Assembly (NCBI GenBank): GCA_951406725.2
Contig: OX597816.1
Span: 126,728,001-126,792,000, forward strand
DNA from: Octopus vulgaris
Taxonomy: Eukaryota
Direction of reading: 5' to 3'
DNA length: 64,000 nt
Position 1 is the stretch's first letter. Each line of letters begins with the position of its first letter. The notes beneath the pieces were generated by a model that was given only the letters and a program-made list of their open reading frames with translations, was not told where the DNA came from and did no database searches. Positions 26,138-37,549 of this stretch are shown in pieces. The position numbers and the translations under genes were made by a program.

Positions 26138-27619
26138 CTTCAGAGGAAAAGAACAATCTGAAATTTCTTTAAAAGGTTGCTCTCTTTCTTATAATGTAGG
26201 GACTTAACACAAACAGTAATCATCATGGTAAAAACTACTTTCTAAAAATAGAAATATACTGTCATGTTTCTTTTCAATCCTATTTTTTATATTCAAATTA
26301 ATCCTATAATATTTAAAGTGCTGTGTCATAGAACCGTATGTTCATATTACAAGCACTGTAAGAAACATTGCTGCCTGCTATTAACTGACATACTTAGTTT
26401 TGTGTCCTTCAGTTTGACTAGATAGAAAATTTAATCAGCTTCCACTCAACTTTGCAATTCATGTAAAAACTGTTCAAATATCTAAACTTGACAAAATTAT
26501 GTGTATATGTATGAGTCTGTGCATGTACATATATGTGTGTATGTGTGTGTAAAAGACTATTTGTATGTTTGTATGTATCTGTAGTGATAGTGTGCTGATA
26601 TAGCCTACAATATTTCACATGAAGTTTTATATCTAGATATCCAAAACAATCTACAAACAAGACGATGATGGCTGTTTGCATTCAGGATTGCTCATCATGT
26701 AAAATAGATCTGGTCATTTTTAAGTTAGTGTAAGGGACATCACTAAATTTTTAAGATAGTGAATGGCACAAGAAAAGGCAAGCTTTGCACCTATGAAAAT
26801 ATAAACTCCATGGAATACTTTATGTACTTGATCTAAAATTTTCACAAAATATCACTACTTCAATAAATGCTTATTTAAATTCTTGAAATTAGTAAAATTT
26901 ACAATGATATTTCAGATGTACTCTTTTATTTTCTGTTTCAAAGTACTTTCCATTAGTTTTTAGCCTTCTTTGCTTTCATTCAATATTTTCATCAGGTGTT
27001 TACGTCTTCAGACTACATATTATCATCTGTTCAATCATTCATGGGCAGTGTGTAAAGGTAGCTCATTTGTTTGCCTGTAAGAATCATTACATCAATAGAC
27101 AGAATATTAACTTCAATTTATTACCTGTCATTTCTTTAAACTCATGTTATTTCTCTATGCATTATATAATTTTTATCTACTACCACTCCTCCTTTTTAAA
27201 TTACTTCATTTCTGACATCACATGAACTGTATATCCCATCCTCTGCTTCTATTTTCACTGAAAATGTTTTTATCTGCAGAAACAATTGTGTAATACAGGG
27301 TGCACCCCATGCATAGCAAGTTCAATCTTACAACGACACCCTTGAACTAACTTGCACATGACCATACTTATTTATACATGATGTTCAATTCTAAATGTGA
27401 TTGACTGTTATAGCTTCATTCACTGACTGCAATGCTCTAGGCTATACCAAGGCTTATCAATGTAGATATTATTCTTTAAGGTGGCAAACTGGTAAAATAA
27501 AACACAGAAATGAGATGCAGTCTGCTGATCCATCTTGGTGAGCAGTAAACCCAACTATGTGCTGACTTCAATTGTAACAACTCTTCCAATACATGTCATT
27601 ATAGAAAGCAGACTTAAAC

Positions 27620-27735
27620 CAATGTTGATGATGATAATGATGGTAGTGGTGGCAACGATGATGATCATAGCGGTGGTTGTGATGGTAATGATGTTAATGA
27701 GGAGGGAGAGGAGGGGAAGTGGTGGAAGAGAAGGA
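27620..27735. repeat. degenerate (ATG/GTG)n low-complexity tract
   Basis: direct reading. Confidence 0.7.
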
Positions 27736-28199
27736 TATTCCACAGATGACCATTATAGTGTTTCTAGAGTTGACAGAACAGAAGTAATAAAAACTGTTCA
27801 ATAGAGAGTGTGAATAATGGTAGATGATGAACATTTGCTAAAAAAGTTTGGTTGATGATACTTGATAATGAAAATTTATGGGAAATTCTGGCATACAATA
27901 AAACAAATTAGGATTTCAATAGATAGAACTAAAAAATTGAAAGGTTTACATTTAACTCCATTAGAAAGAATTTATAAGCATAAATATGGAATGTGTAGAA
28001 TATTATTAAGAAATAAAATTTGAAAATCAATCATGGATTTAACTTACAAAATATTTACAAGTAGAAGAGAAATGTGTTGCCAAAAATATTGCATAAAATA
28101 AATTTATAAATAGTCAGCAATTGAAATTAGTTTTCTCCTTTTCATAAATTCCATAAAATATTTGATATCAGTTTAAACATTATAATCATATGCACTTAC

Positions 28200-28238
<39 letters not shown>

Positions 28239-28249
28239 CACATACACAC

Positions 28250-28345
28250 ACATCATTTAACGTCTTAACATCTGCTTTCCATGCTGGCATGGGTTGGATG
28301 GTTTGACTGAGGACTGGCAAACCAGGAGGATGCACCAGGCTCCAA
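28250..28345 (-). mobile_element. RTE 3'-terminal fragment
   Basis: TTTCCATGCTGGCATGGGTTGGATGGTTTGACTG is the reverse complement of the RTE tail; a more diverged copy lies at about 28668-28840. Confidence 0.8.
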
Positions 28346-28449
28346 TCACTATTAAACAAAAAGTAATTTCCATTATTCCATTAACTGTATATCCCCTGTG
28401 CTGATTCTGCTCATAAGAAAGGAGCAAATAATACAATGTGCTTGTAGGT

Positions 28450-28522
28450 ATACCAGAAATATAGCATCAGTGGTGCTTCTCCCTGGCACAAACCCAAACT
28501 GCATCTCATCTAAATTAGGGAG
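28450..28522 (-). pseudogene. RTE RT fragment
   Basis: LDEMQFGFVPGRSTTDAIFLV, matching the 42564-44072 ORF. Confidence 0.85.
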
Positions 28523-29068
28523 AGAGTTATATACACACACACACACACACACACACAAATATGTGTGTGTACATGCACACACTCATACATCAACTCACAT
28601 ATGCATAAAATTAATGTGAATATAGATATTCAAATATATACATATGTAAGCATGGAAAATGATGATGATCATCATCATGTAATGTCTATTGTCTATGCTG
28701 ATATGGGTTGGATGGTTTGACAGGAGTTGGTCAGCTAGAGAGCTGTCCAGATTCTGGTTGTCTGTTTTGATATGACTTCAATGGCTTGATGCCCTTCCTA
28801 ATGCCAACCAATTTACAGAGTCTGCTGGGTGTTTTTTATTCAAAATTTGCAATACGAGTAGCTATAGAGTAAATTCTATATTTATGTGATATAATTACCA
28901 TATGTATATCATAGAAAAGTCAATAGCTATAGTACTCATCAAGGAAAAGTTCCTTCTATAGACCTGTTGTGCTAAAACAACTCAATAGACTTCAGAACCT
29001 GGTGAAATGAAATCACTCAAAATGTGACTGTGACAGTGACAGATAATATATGTGTATGTATATATGTA

Positions 29069-29455
29069 TAGGCACAGGAGTAGCTATGTGGTAAGAAGAT
29101 TGCTTCCCTACCACATGGTTCTGGGTTCAGTCCCACTGTGTGGCAACTAGGACAAGTGTCTTCTACTACAGCTTTGTGAGTGGATTTGGTAGATGGAAAC
29201 TGAAAGAAGTCCATTGTATATATGTATATATATATATATATATGTGTGTGTGAGTGTGTGTTTGTACCCCCACTATTGCTTGACAACCAATGTTGGTGTG
29301 TTTACGTCCCTGTAACTTAGTGGTTCGACAAAAGAGACCAACAAAATAAGTACTACGCTTACAAAGAATAAGTCCTGGGGTCGATTTGTTTGACTAAAGG
29401 TGGTGCTCCAGCATGGCCACAGTCAAATGACTGAAACAAGTAAACGAATAAATAA
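29069..29455 (+). mobile_element. tRNA-derived SINE, family A (octopus OK-like)
   Basis: Pol III A-box-like TAGCTATGTGG and B-box-like GGTTCAGTCCC, CORE-like GGACAAGTGTCTT, internal (TA)n(TG)n, A-rich tail; followed by an RTE-tail fragment at about 29480-29625. Confidence 0.9.
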
Positions 29456-29671
29456 AAAAAACAATGTGTGTGTGTGTGTGTAAGTGCTGGTACTACATAA
29501 ATAACACCTAGTACACTCTCTGAAGTAGTTGGCGTTAGGAAGGGAATCCATCCATAGAAACCATATGACCTATGCCAGTATGGAGGTTTGGATATTAAAT
29601 GATGATGATGATGATGGTGATGTTGTTGATATGTGTGTGTATATATAAGGTCATATTGGGTAAAAAAAATT

Positions 29672-29920
29672 CTTTAGTCTTCAATGACCATGGGTTTGCA
29701 CCTAGAAAGTTCCCCTTCAAGACACAAGTAAAGTTGTGGTTGTTTGTGGAAGAACAGCAGTAGTCCACACATACCAGTTTTGTCTCTCCATGTCACTGAT
29801 GTTGTCCAGGGGAGGGGCAAAGTCTGATACAGCTTAGGACCAGTGATATCACTACTCATTTTCCATGCTGCATGAACTTGAGAAGTATGAAAATAAGGAG
29901 TCTTGCTTAAGAACACATGC
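29672..29920 (-). mobile_element. old SINE fragment, family D
   Basis: reverse complement matches 47050-47235 (AACTTTCTAGGTGCAA...CATGGTCATT) and carries the CORE-like GTGTTCTTAAGCAAGAC. Confidence 0.65.
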
Positions 29921-29952
29921 TTAAGAACACATTTATACATATATAAATATAC

Positions 29953-30002
<50 letters not shown>

Positions 30003-30139
30003 GTATGTACACACATATATATATATATTTAAATACATATGCGGATATTTTTATTTATAGTAATATCAGTGTTTTAGCATGCGTAAAATAACATATAACT
30101 GCATTATTAATATATATATGTTTACATATATATATACAT

Positions 30140-30170
<31 letters not shown>

Positions 30171-30854
30171 CATATATAAAAGTGAGTTTAAATGGATATA
30201 TTATTTGGTTGGATATTGTGTTTGCACTCCATTGAGTTCCAGTTGTGTGTGGCAGTTAATGTGTGCTTGTTCGAGGACATACATGTGTGTGTAGGAATTT
30301 GTATAAATATACATACATGCATATGTAGATATAGAGAGATAGATAATCCAACAAATATGTGTAATACATATGTGGCTTAAAGAGGAGACAATGAGTCTGA
30401 TTTTAGTTTGAAAGAAAGGAATGCTAAAGCATTTGGATTCAAAACTATCAGACCCTTGACATTTTAACATCTGATTTATAGTAGATGGCACAGCTGGACA
30501 TTCTTTTATAGTGATGAGGAAAACTATTAACAAGAAGGGAAGATAAATATCTTAATAAATCCTACTGACTCCTTCTTAATCCACTTGCTTCCTTTGTTTT
30601 CATTTGTTTTATTTTTTTTACATAAATATGATCATGCAGACCCACCCACTTAGGTATGCATATATTTTGAAGTTTTTTAGAATTAATCAGCATATAAGCT
30701 TTCATGGAATTCTGAGGTATCGTGGTTCAATATGTGTTGTAAAATAAATTCCACAAAATGCATGAAAATTAAGCAGTAGTTGCTGATATAGTTACATCAT
30801 GCAAGTTTATATGATTAAACAATGACGAAACAATTGTAAATGAAGTATTAAAAG

Positions 30855-31540
30855 GATGCACATGCATTCACACACACCTTCCCACTCCACACACACCTTC
30901 CCACTCCACACACACTAGCACCTAATGCCTCCTAATCCCTAACTCTTGTCACACGTATACCACCCCACACCTCCATGCATTCCCCCCACAATGCATAGTA
31001 TCCATTCCTAAAGCCTCACACAATGCACAAGCACACAACACGCCTGAACACAGACAATATACACACACACATAACACATATAAACACATATAACTTTTGC
31101 ACATAAACATAAACAACACACACACACACACACACACACTATAGGGTCTCACACATACACTTCATAAACTAACAAACAAACATTTTGTTCACTAATACAC
31201 ACATACACACATGTGCACATGACACTCAAACATGCACTTATTAACTGCTACATACAAGCATTTGCACACTCGCACATACACACATGTCACATTGCCTCAC
31301 ACATAGACACACACGTCCATATGCACATGCACGTACACACAGACAAATACATGAAATGCATATCACTCCAAACAATGCATGTACTAGGTTAATTATACAC
31401 ACACACACACACACACACACTTCCTTATATGTACATACAGGCTCACATGATTTTAAGGTTGTCCACACATACATTCACAAGTGCTCAGTCCCATTTACAT
31501 ATACACCCTCACACACACCATTCTTACATACACAGACTTG
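30855..31540. repeat. CA-rich degenerate low-complexity region
   Basis: decayed (CA)n tracts with a 19-bp duplication CACACACCTTCCCACTCCA. Confidence 0.8.
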
Positions 31541-31559
31541 CTTGTGCACCGTAGTTCAG

Positions 31560-31812
31560 TCAGATCACCATTATTGTCTCACTCAGCCTCTTTCTTTTGG
31601 TCATTTCATCCTTACACATTTAATCCTTACACATTTTTTCTCCCACCGTTTTTTTCTTTTTCATTCTCTCTCCATTTTTTCCTCTGAACCCTTTCTGTCG
31701 CAGAGCATTGGATTGAAATGTAAGATACTTTTCCATTCTTCCCAAGTGTAAAACTAATACACCTGCTTGTTGTTTCCTCACCTGTCTTCATTTATTTTCT
31801 GTAAATTTGAAC
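31560..31812 (+). mobile_element. decayed Penelope-like terminal repeat with degenerate hammerhead
   Basis: homologous to the reverse complement of 53445-53700: CTTTCTGTCGCAGAGCATTGGATTGAAATGTAA...CTAATACACCTGCTTG...CACCTGTCTTCAT. Confidence 0.55.
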
Positions 31813-31889
31813 AACACACACACACACATACACATATATATATACATATGATCAAACAAACTCCAAAGAGTCTGATGTAGGTATACTTC

Positions 31890-32215
31890 AGTAAAATCAA
31901 TAAAATGTGTCTAGTGAACTTGGCATGGAGAGTTGAAAGTCTGACATTTCAGTGTTCTTTCTCAGGAAAAATTTGAAAGGAGAGAAATAAATGAGAGATA
32001 GCACAATTTTACATCCTCTACGTTAAAAAAAAAAAAAAAAAAAAACTGCCTGCAGCTAGTTTTTTTTTCCTTTTTAAACTTTGAGTATGTAAAACCCTAC
32101 TGTCTCATTTATTTTTCTCTTTTCAACTTTCTCTGATGAAGGACAGAGTCTGAAATTTTGGATTTTTCAACTCTTAATGGCAAGTTCATTGTACTCTTTT
32201 TAGCGATTTTGCTAC
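31890..32215. repeat. inverted repeat of two ~125-bp arms, each with a hammerhead-like motif
   Basis: reverse complement of 31890-32015 aligns with 32087-32215 (TCTCATTTATTT...TTTCAA...CTGA...TGAAAT...TTTCAACTCT..ATG.CAAGTTCA); spacer has an A-run then a T-run. Confidence 0.7.
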
Positions 32216-32261
32216 AAATTGGATGTATGTGTGTGCATATGCACACACATACATGTACATT

Positions 32262-32488
32262 CAAGGGGGTGATGAAAAATACCCGGCTTTGAGTAAAAGA
32301 AAATACAGGTGGATCAGTTATTTTTCTGATTTTATCCAACATATTTCCCTCTAGGATTCACACATGTATTGCAGCAGTTCTTCAATTTTTTAAAGTCCTG
32401 TAAAAGAACTCAGAAGTTTGGGCCTCCAACCAGGCCTTTTGTGATCGTGATACCCTTAAAGCCAAGAACATTCCAGCACACCCTCATA
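32262..32488. mobile_element. mariner-type MITE
   Basis: imperfect TIRs CAAGGGGGTGATGAAAAATACCCGGCTTT / AAAGCCAAGAACATTCCAGCACACCCTCA(TA). Confidence 0.7.
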
Positions 32489-32794
32489 TCTATATAATTA
32501 GTAGCTGCTTATTGCATAACCTCATTACAATTTCAAGCCGTGTTGTTAAATAATTCTTCAGGCAAAGAACGGTAAGGTGTTTGATTTCATCTATATATAT
32601 TAAAATCTTGTAATTTATTCTCTTTTTGTAAACACTTTATAATCTAGTCATAACATTTCCATTTTTCAAAAGCTAGTTATTATTGGCTGCTCTTTTAGGG
32701 ATGGTCACTGTTCTTGTATAAGATTTGTGGAGGATCTTTTTCCTTTTCTATTTTTCATTCTTTTTTCTTTTTTTACAAGTTACTTAGCAACCTC

Positions 32795-32997
32795 ACTTGT
32801 GCCAGTGGTATGAAGAAAAGCACCCAGTCTATTTTGTAAAGTGGTTGGCATGAGTAAGGGCATCCAGCCATAGAAACCATACCAGAATTGACTTTAGAGC
32901 CTGATGCTGCCTTGTGGATTACCAGATCTTGTTAAACCATCCAACCCATGTTGACATGGAGAGTAGAAGTTAAATGATGATGGTGCTGCTGATGATA
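32795..32997 (+). mobile_element. old RTE-tail fragment
   Basis: GTGCCAGTGG..AAAAGCACCC...AAGGGCATCCAGCCATAGAAACC...CCAACCCATG...(GAT)n. Confidence 0.75.
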
Positions 32998-33889
32998 ATA
33001 TATGCATGTTCCACTGCAGAAAAACATTTTCTGTATATATGTTTAAATGAAATTATTTCGTAAAGTAAAAAGAATTTTTAAGGGATTATATTGAGTACTG
33101 ATATTTAAAAGCTTGTTTTACAAATATAAGGGAAATGTGTTTAATTAGTATTTCACAATTAGTGGAATACCATTATGTTATCTAAGGTAGTAGTTATACA
33201 TATTTGTATCAGCATGGTATGTTTATTCAATAAAATAAAGTTTTAAAATGTTAAGAAAATACCTAAACTCCAAATGAATTTATGTATGAGGTATTACTTT
33301 GTTTGAAGGGCACAATCAAATATTGTAGATTATTAACTAAATATGTGGTGGCATGCAAATCTGGAATCCTTTTCATAATATTCTTAAGGTATAATTATAA
33401 TGAGGATATCTAATCTTGAATTGATTTCTTGTTCATTCTATGTAATGAATGCAATTCTCATTAATGTCAGATATGACTGAGCTGCTTAGATAACAGATAT
33501 CTCTTTAGAATTATTTTTGACTGGACATACATGTTTCAAGCATTAATGTTATTTGGATTCTGGGAATTTTAATTATTCATTGTTTTATTTTATTATTAAT
33601 GGCTGATAGTGTGTAAATAAACTGTACTGTGTTGAAGATTTTTCTAAATTTATATCCAGGAGGAAAGTGTAATTTTATCAGATGGAAGATATAATTCCAA
33701 TCAGGATTACTGACATTGACCAAATATGATGATTATTACCGTCCAAACTTTTCTTGCATTTCCACATGCTAGAATGAGAATTTTGTGATATTTAACAGAG
33801 TTGTTAAAATCCACTAAATGCTACAGCTAATCTGTTCAATAAGCCTGCCTGTATTATAAGAAACAGTGGTTGAAATAATATATATATAT

Positions 33890-33933
<44 letters not shown>

Positions 33934-34114
33934 GCACACAATTTAAAAATAGGATGAAACCTATATAAGAATTTATCAAGTAGTTAGTATGAAAAACCTC
34001 ATAAGAGAAAAAAATTATCAATTTTTCTCTTAAATATATTTATATTATATAGAGTGCATGACTATACATAAATGTATAGTAATGTATAAGTAATGCCCTC
34101 TTTATAATATATAT

Positions 34115-34642
34115 ATCATCATCATCATCATCGTTTAACGTCCGTTTTCCATGCTAGCATGGGTTGGACGGTTCAACTGGGGTCTGGGAAGCCAGAAGGC
34201 TGCGCCAGGCCCAGTCTGATCTGGCAGTGTTTCTACAGCTGGATGCCCTTCCTAATGCCAACCACTCCATGAGTGTAGTGGGTGCTTTTTATGTGCCACC
34301 TGTACAGGTGCCAGACGAGGCTAGCAAACGGCCATGATCGGATGGTGCTTTTTACATGCCACCGGTACGGAGGACAGTCGGGGCGGCACTGGCAACGGCC
34401 ACATTTGGATTGTTCTCTTACATGCCACCAGCACTGGTATCGCAGCTACAATTTCCATTGATGTTGATCGATTTTGATTTTGATTTTGATTTTCACTTGC
34501 CTCGACAGGTCTTCACAAGTAGGGTTTGTGTCACAAGAAGGAAAGGTATGCATAAGTGGGCTGGCTACGTCTCAGGTAGAGGCCACGGGTTATGGTCTCA
34601 CTTGTCCTGCTGGGTCTTCCCATGCACAGCATACTTCCAAAG
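34115..34642 (-). mobile_element. RTE 3' end (ORF tip plus complete single-copy 3' UTR)
   Basis: reverse complement is colinear with 44035-44390 plus 46480-46715; (ATC)n at the left end. Confidence 0.92.
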
Positions 34643-34677
34643 ATGTATGTATGTATGTATACCTATTGATGTGTGTA

Positions 34678-35583
34678 TCTACTACATATGTAGGAAGATC
34701 TATCTGTGGAAGTGTTTGTAGAGTTGTTAGCTAACTCTTTCTACATTGTTTTATCGATTTTGATGAAACTTGATACATGAGTAGAACTCATGTCTGAAAA
34801 CCTCATGGTATACTCAGATTGTTGAAAAACATCGATAATAGGGCCCCTAGAAGGGCTCCTCATATATATCTAATATATTTCATTTTAGAATCCAAGGGAA
34901 ATAACCCATTCACCCAGATTTTAACAGCTAAAGGAAATAATCCATCCATTTTCCTAAATAATTTGGTATAAATCAAATTGAGTATGCTTATTTCTTAGTA
35001 TTTGAAATGTTAGAGTTATTTTTGAAATTTAACCAGTACAACCCATAAACAAGTAAATAATATTTTCCTAAATAATGGATTCACTTATTTCAGTTAGTGA
35101 CTTACTCATGAATATATTAACACTAGTGCCGTTGAAGGTAATATTCTTTAGGAACGCACAAATGCTCTTTTCAGAGTTATCTACTTTGAATTATTATTAT
35201 CTCATGACTGATTAGCCTGTTAGTATATAACATGCTATCCGATTTTAATATACATACCTTATTAGTATTTCCTCCTAAATTCTATATACTCTGGGAACAC
35301 ATTAAAGCCCTTTTTGGGGCTACTTTATATGAATTCTTACTATCAAGTAACTAATTTCATGTTATTATATGACTGACTTCACAGTTTGGGTATTCATAAC
35401 TTATTGGGAATTCCTAAAAACAAGATCCTGTATAAGACAATTTGGTATTCTCTGTAAATGCACAAAAGCCATATTAAGGGTTACATACTTTATATTGTTG
35501 TTATTGGATTAGTGAAACAATTATGAGAATAAAACCAAGGGATAAGCCCTGCTTTCCCAGGAATTACTAGGTATGTCAGCTAG
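34678..35583 (+). mobile_element. non-autonomous Helitron-like element
   Basis: A|TCTACTACATAT start and CTAG|T end, degenerate GC hairpin before the end, CGATTTTGATGAAACTTG motif; second copy inverted at 61.4-62.3 kb. Confidence 0.65.
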
Positions 35584-35598
35584 TATATATATATGTAG

Positions 35599-35986
35599 GA
35601 GGCGCAATGGCCCAGTGGTTAGGGCAGCGGACTCCCGGTCATAGGATCGCAGTTTCGATTCCCAGACCGGGCGTTTGTGAGTGTTTATTGAGCAAAAACA
35701 CCTAAAGCTCCACGAGGCTACGGCAGGGGATGGTGGTGATCCCTGCTGTACTCTTTCACCTCAACTTTCTCTCACTCTTACTTCCTGTTTCTGTTGTACC
35801 TGTATTTCAAAGGGCCGGCCCTGTCACTCTCTGTGTCACGCGGAATATCCCCAAGAACTACGTTAAGGGTACAAGTGTCTGTGGAGTGCTCAGCCACTTA
35901 CATGTTAATTTCACGAGCAGGCTGTTCCGTTGATTCGGATCAACAGGAACCCTCGCCGTTGTAACCGACTGAGTGCTTCCTACTAC
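35599..35986 (+). mobile_element. young tRNA-derived SINE, family B
   Basis: A box TGGCCCAGTGG, B box GTTTCGATTCC, (TAC)n tail, 13-bp TSD TATATATATGTAG (35586-98 / 35987-99). Confidence 0.9.
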
Positions 35987-36349
35987 TATATATATGTAGC
36001 ATTGAATTGTTTGGTTTCTGCAAGTTTTAGATTCAGATCAGAATCATCAGCTTGATACCCAGAGATATTGTTGAAGGTTAATATGCTGCCAATGCTATAG
36101 ATTCCTCTTCCAGTAGATTGGAATTTATTATGGATTAAGTTTAAAATGTGTGTGTGTGTATGTATGTATTTGTGTGTGTGTTTGTGTGTGTCATTGTGAA
36201 AGAGTATATATTTTGATATTATTTAACCAGCATCAGTTAATTCCATATTTACACAAACATTTTCTACTTTGCATAAAATGTATCATTCTCTTGATGTTTT
36301 ACAACCAGATATCTCCTGCTTATTTCTCATAACTTCATTAGATATTCTT

Positions 36350-36403
36350 TTATTCTTTTACTTGTTTCAGTCATTTGACTGTGGCCATGCTGGAGCACCA
36401 CCT
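36350..36403 (-). mobile_element. SINE family A 3' tip
   Basis: TTACTTGTTTCAGTCATTTGACTGTGGCCATGCTGGAGCACCACC. Confidence 0.8.
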
Positions 36404-37549
36404 TGAGAATTAACAACAAAAATTAATATTGTTAGAAGCTCAAAGTAAAATTTATACATAGACAATATAAAACATTTATTATAAATTTTTTAAACAATGT
36501 ATACACTGTAAACATTTTTCGTCACATTTGACAATGCCAGTATTTCAGGTAATTTCACTTATTGTAATTCAGTTCCTTATCTATCAATTAGTCTTCACTT
36601 CATTGGTTTTTCATTTTGAACTAAAATGGTTTGACTCTTCACAACAGTTGTAACATTTTTCATGTAACTATACAACTATAGCTATACAACTACTTATATT
36701 CATTTCTGCAACTAGCCTGTATATGGTTTCTTTAAAGTGTTGAATTTTGTTGGAGAAAACGGTGCAATATATTATATATAAACCACTATCATTTGCTAGA
36801 TTTAATTTTTCAAATGTCCTTTGTGAGAGAGCTTATAAATAAACAATGGTGTGTAGAGAATGGGGCAGACAAGAGTCATGAATATTCATTTCAGAAGGGA
36901 GAGACATCCAATAAAATAGTGAAATTAAAACTAATTTTTCAAAAAAAAAAAAAATTATGTTTTATTGTAGAAAGTGCCATGCAGTCGCTCACAGTGATGT
37001 GGATGTGGATCCATGTTTTAATAAGGGAGACCATAATAGGGGACCTTTACATGTAAATACTGTGTGTAATACTAATTAAGATAATATATGTTGTGATAAA
37101 TCTATGAACATTGTGGAGTTCACTCAGATTCACATAGTGTGTTTGACACACCACAAACATTCAGCAATAACATTAAAGCTTTCTTGCTATGCTAATATAA
37201 CCCTTTAAATATACACAGACAGTCTATTACCCTAACAAATATAATTAGTTCTGGGAAATCAGTCAAATCACGTTTGTGTAATGTAAAGTTGATTTGCACA
37301 ATGTATTCTAAGTCAATTGTACAGTAAAGATAACTGTAAAATGTCCCAGAGAGTTATGTTAGGCTGAGTAACATTGGAGAACTCATATAATGCATGCCTA
37401 AAGGTATGTACGTACATATACAGAGAATAATGTAGTAGCATTATAGGTTATGTCTGTGGTTTTTCCTTTTTTTATGTTTAGCATATCTACTGTCTATATT
37501 ATTGTCTGTACAAATAATCCAGCAATTTGTTATGCTTGTACTCTAGATG

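Noticed and set aside
33990-34032. Hairpin TAAGAGAAAAA...TTTTTCTCTTA resembling a terminator
   Set aside because: AT-rich, single occurrence, eukaryotic context; no functional support
35601-35675. tRNA gene
   Set aside because: A and B boxes are present but the cloverleaf is imperfect and it continues into a SINE body with tail and TSD
37089-37520. Possible solo LTR starting TGTTGTG
   Set aside because: No matching CA end with TSD and no second copy in the window
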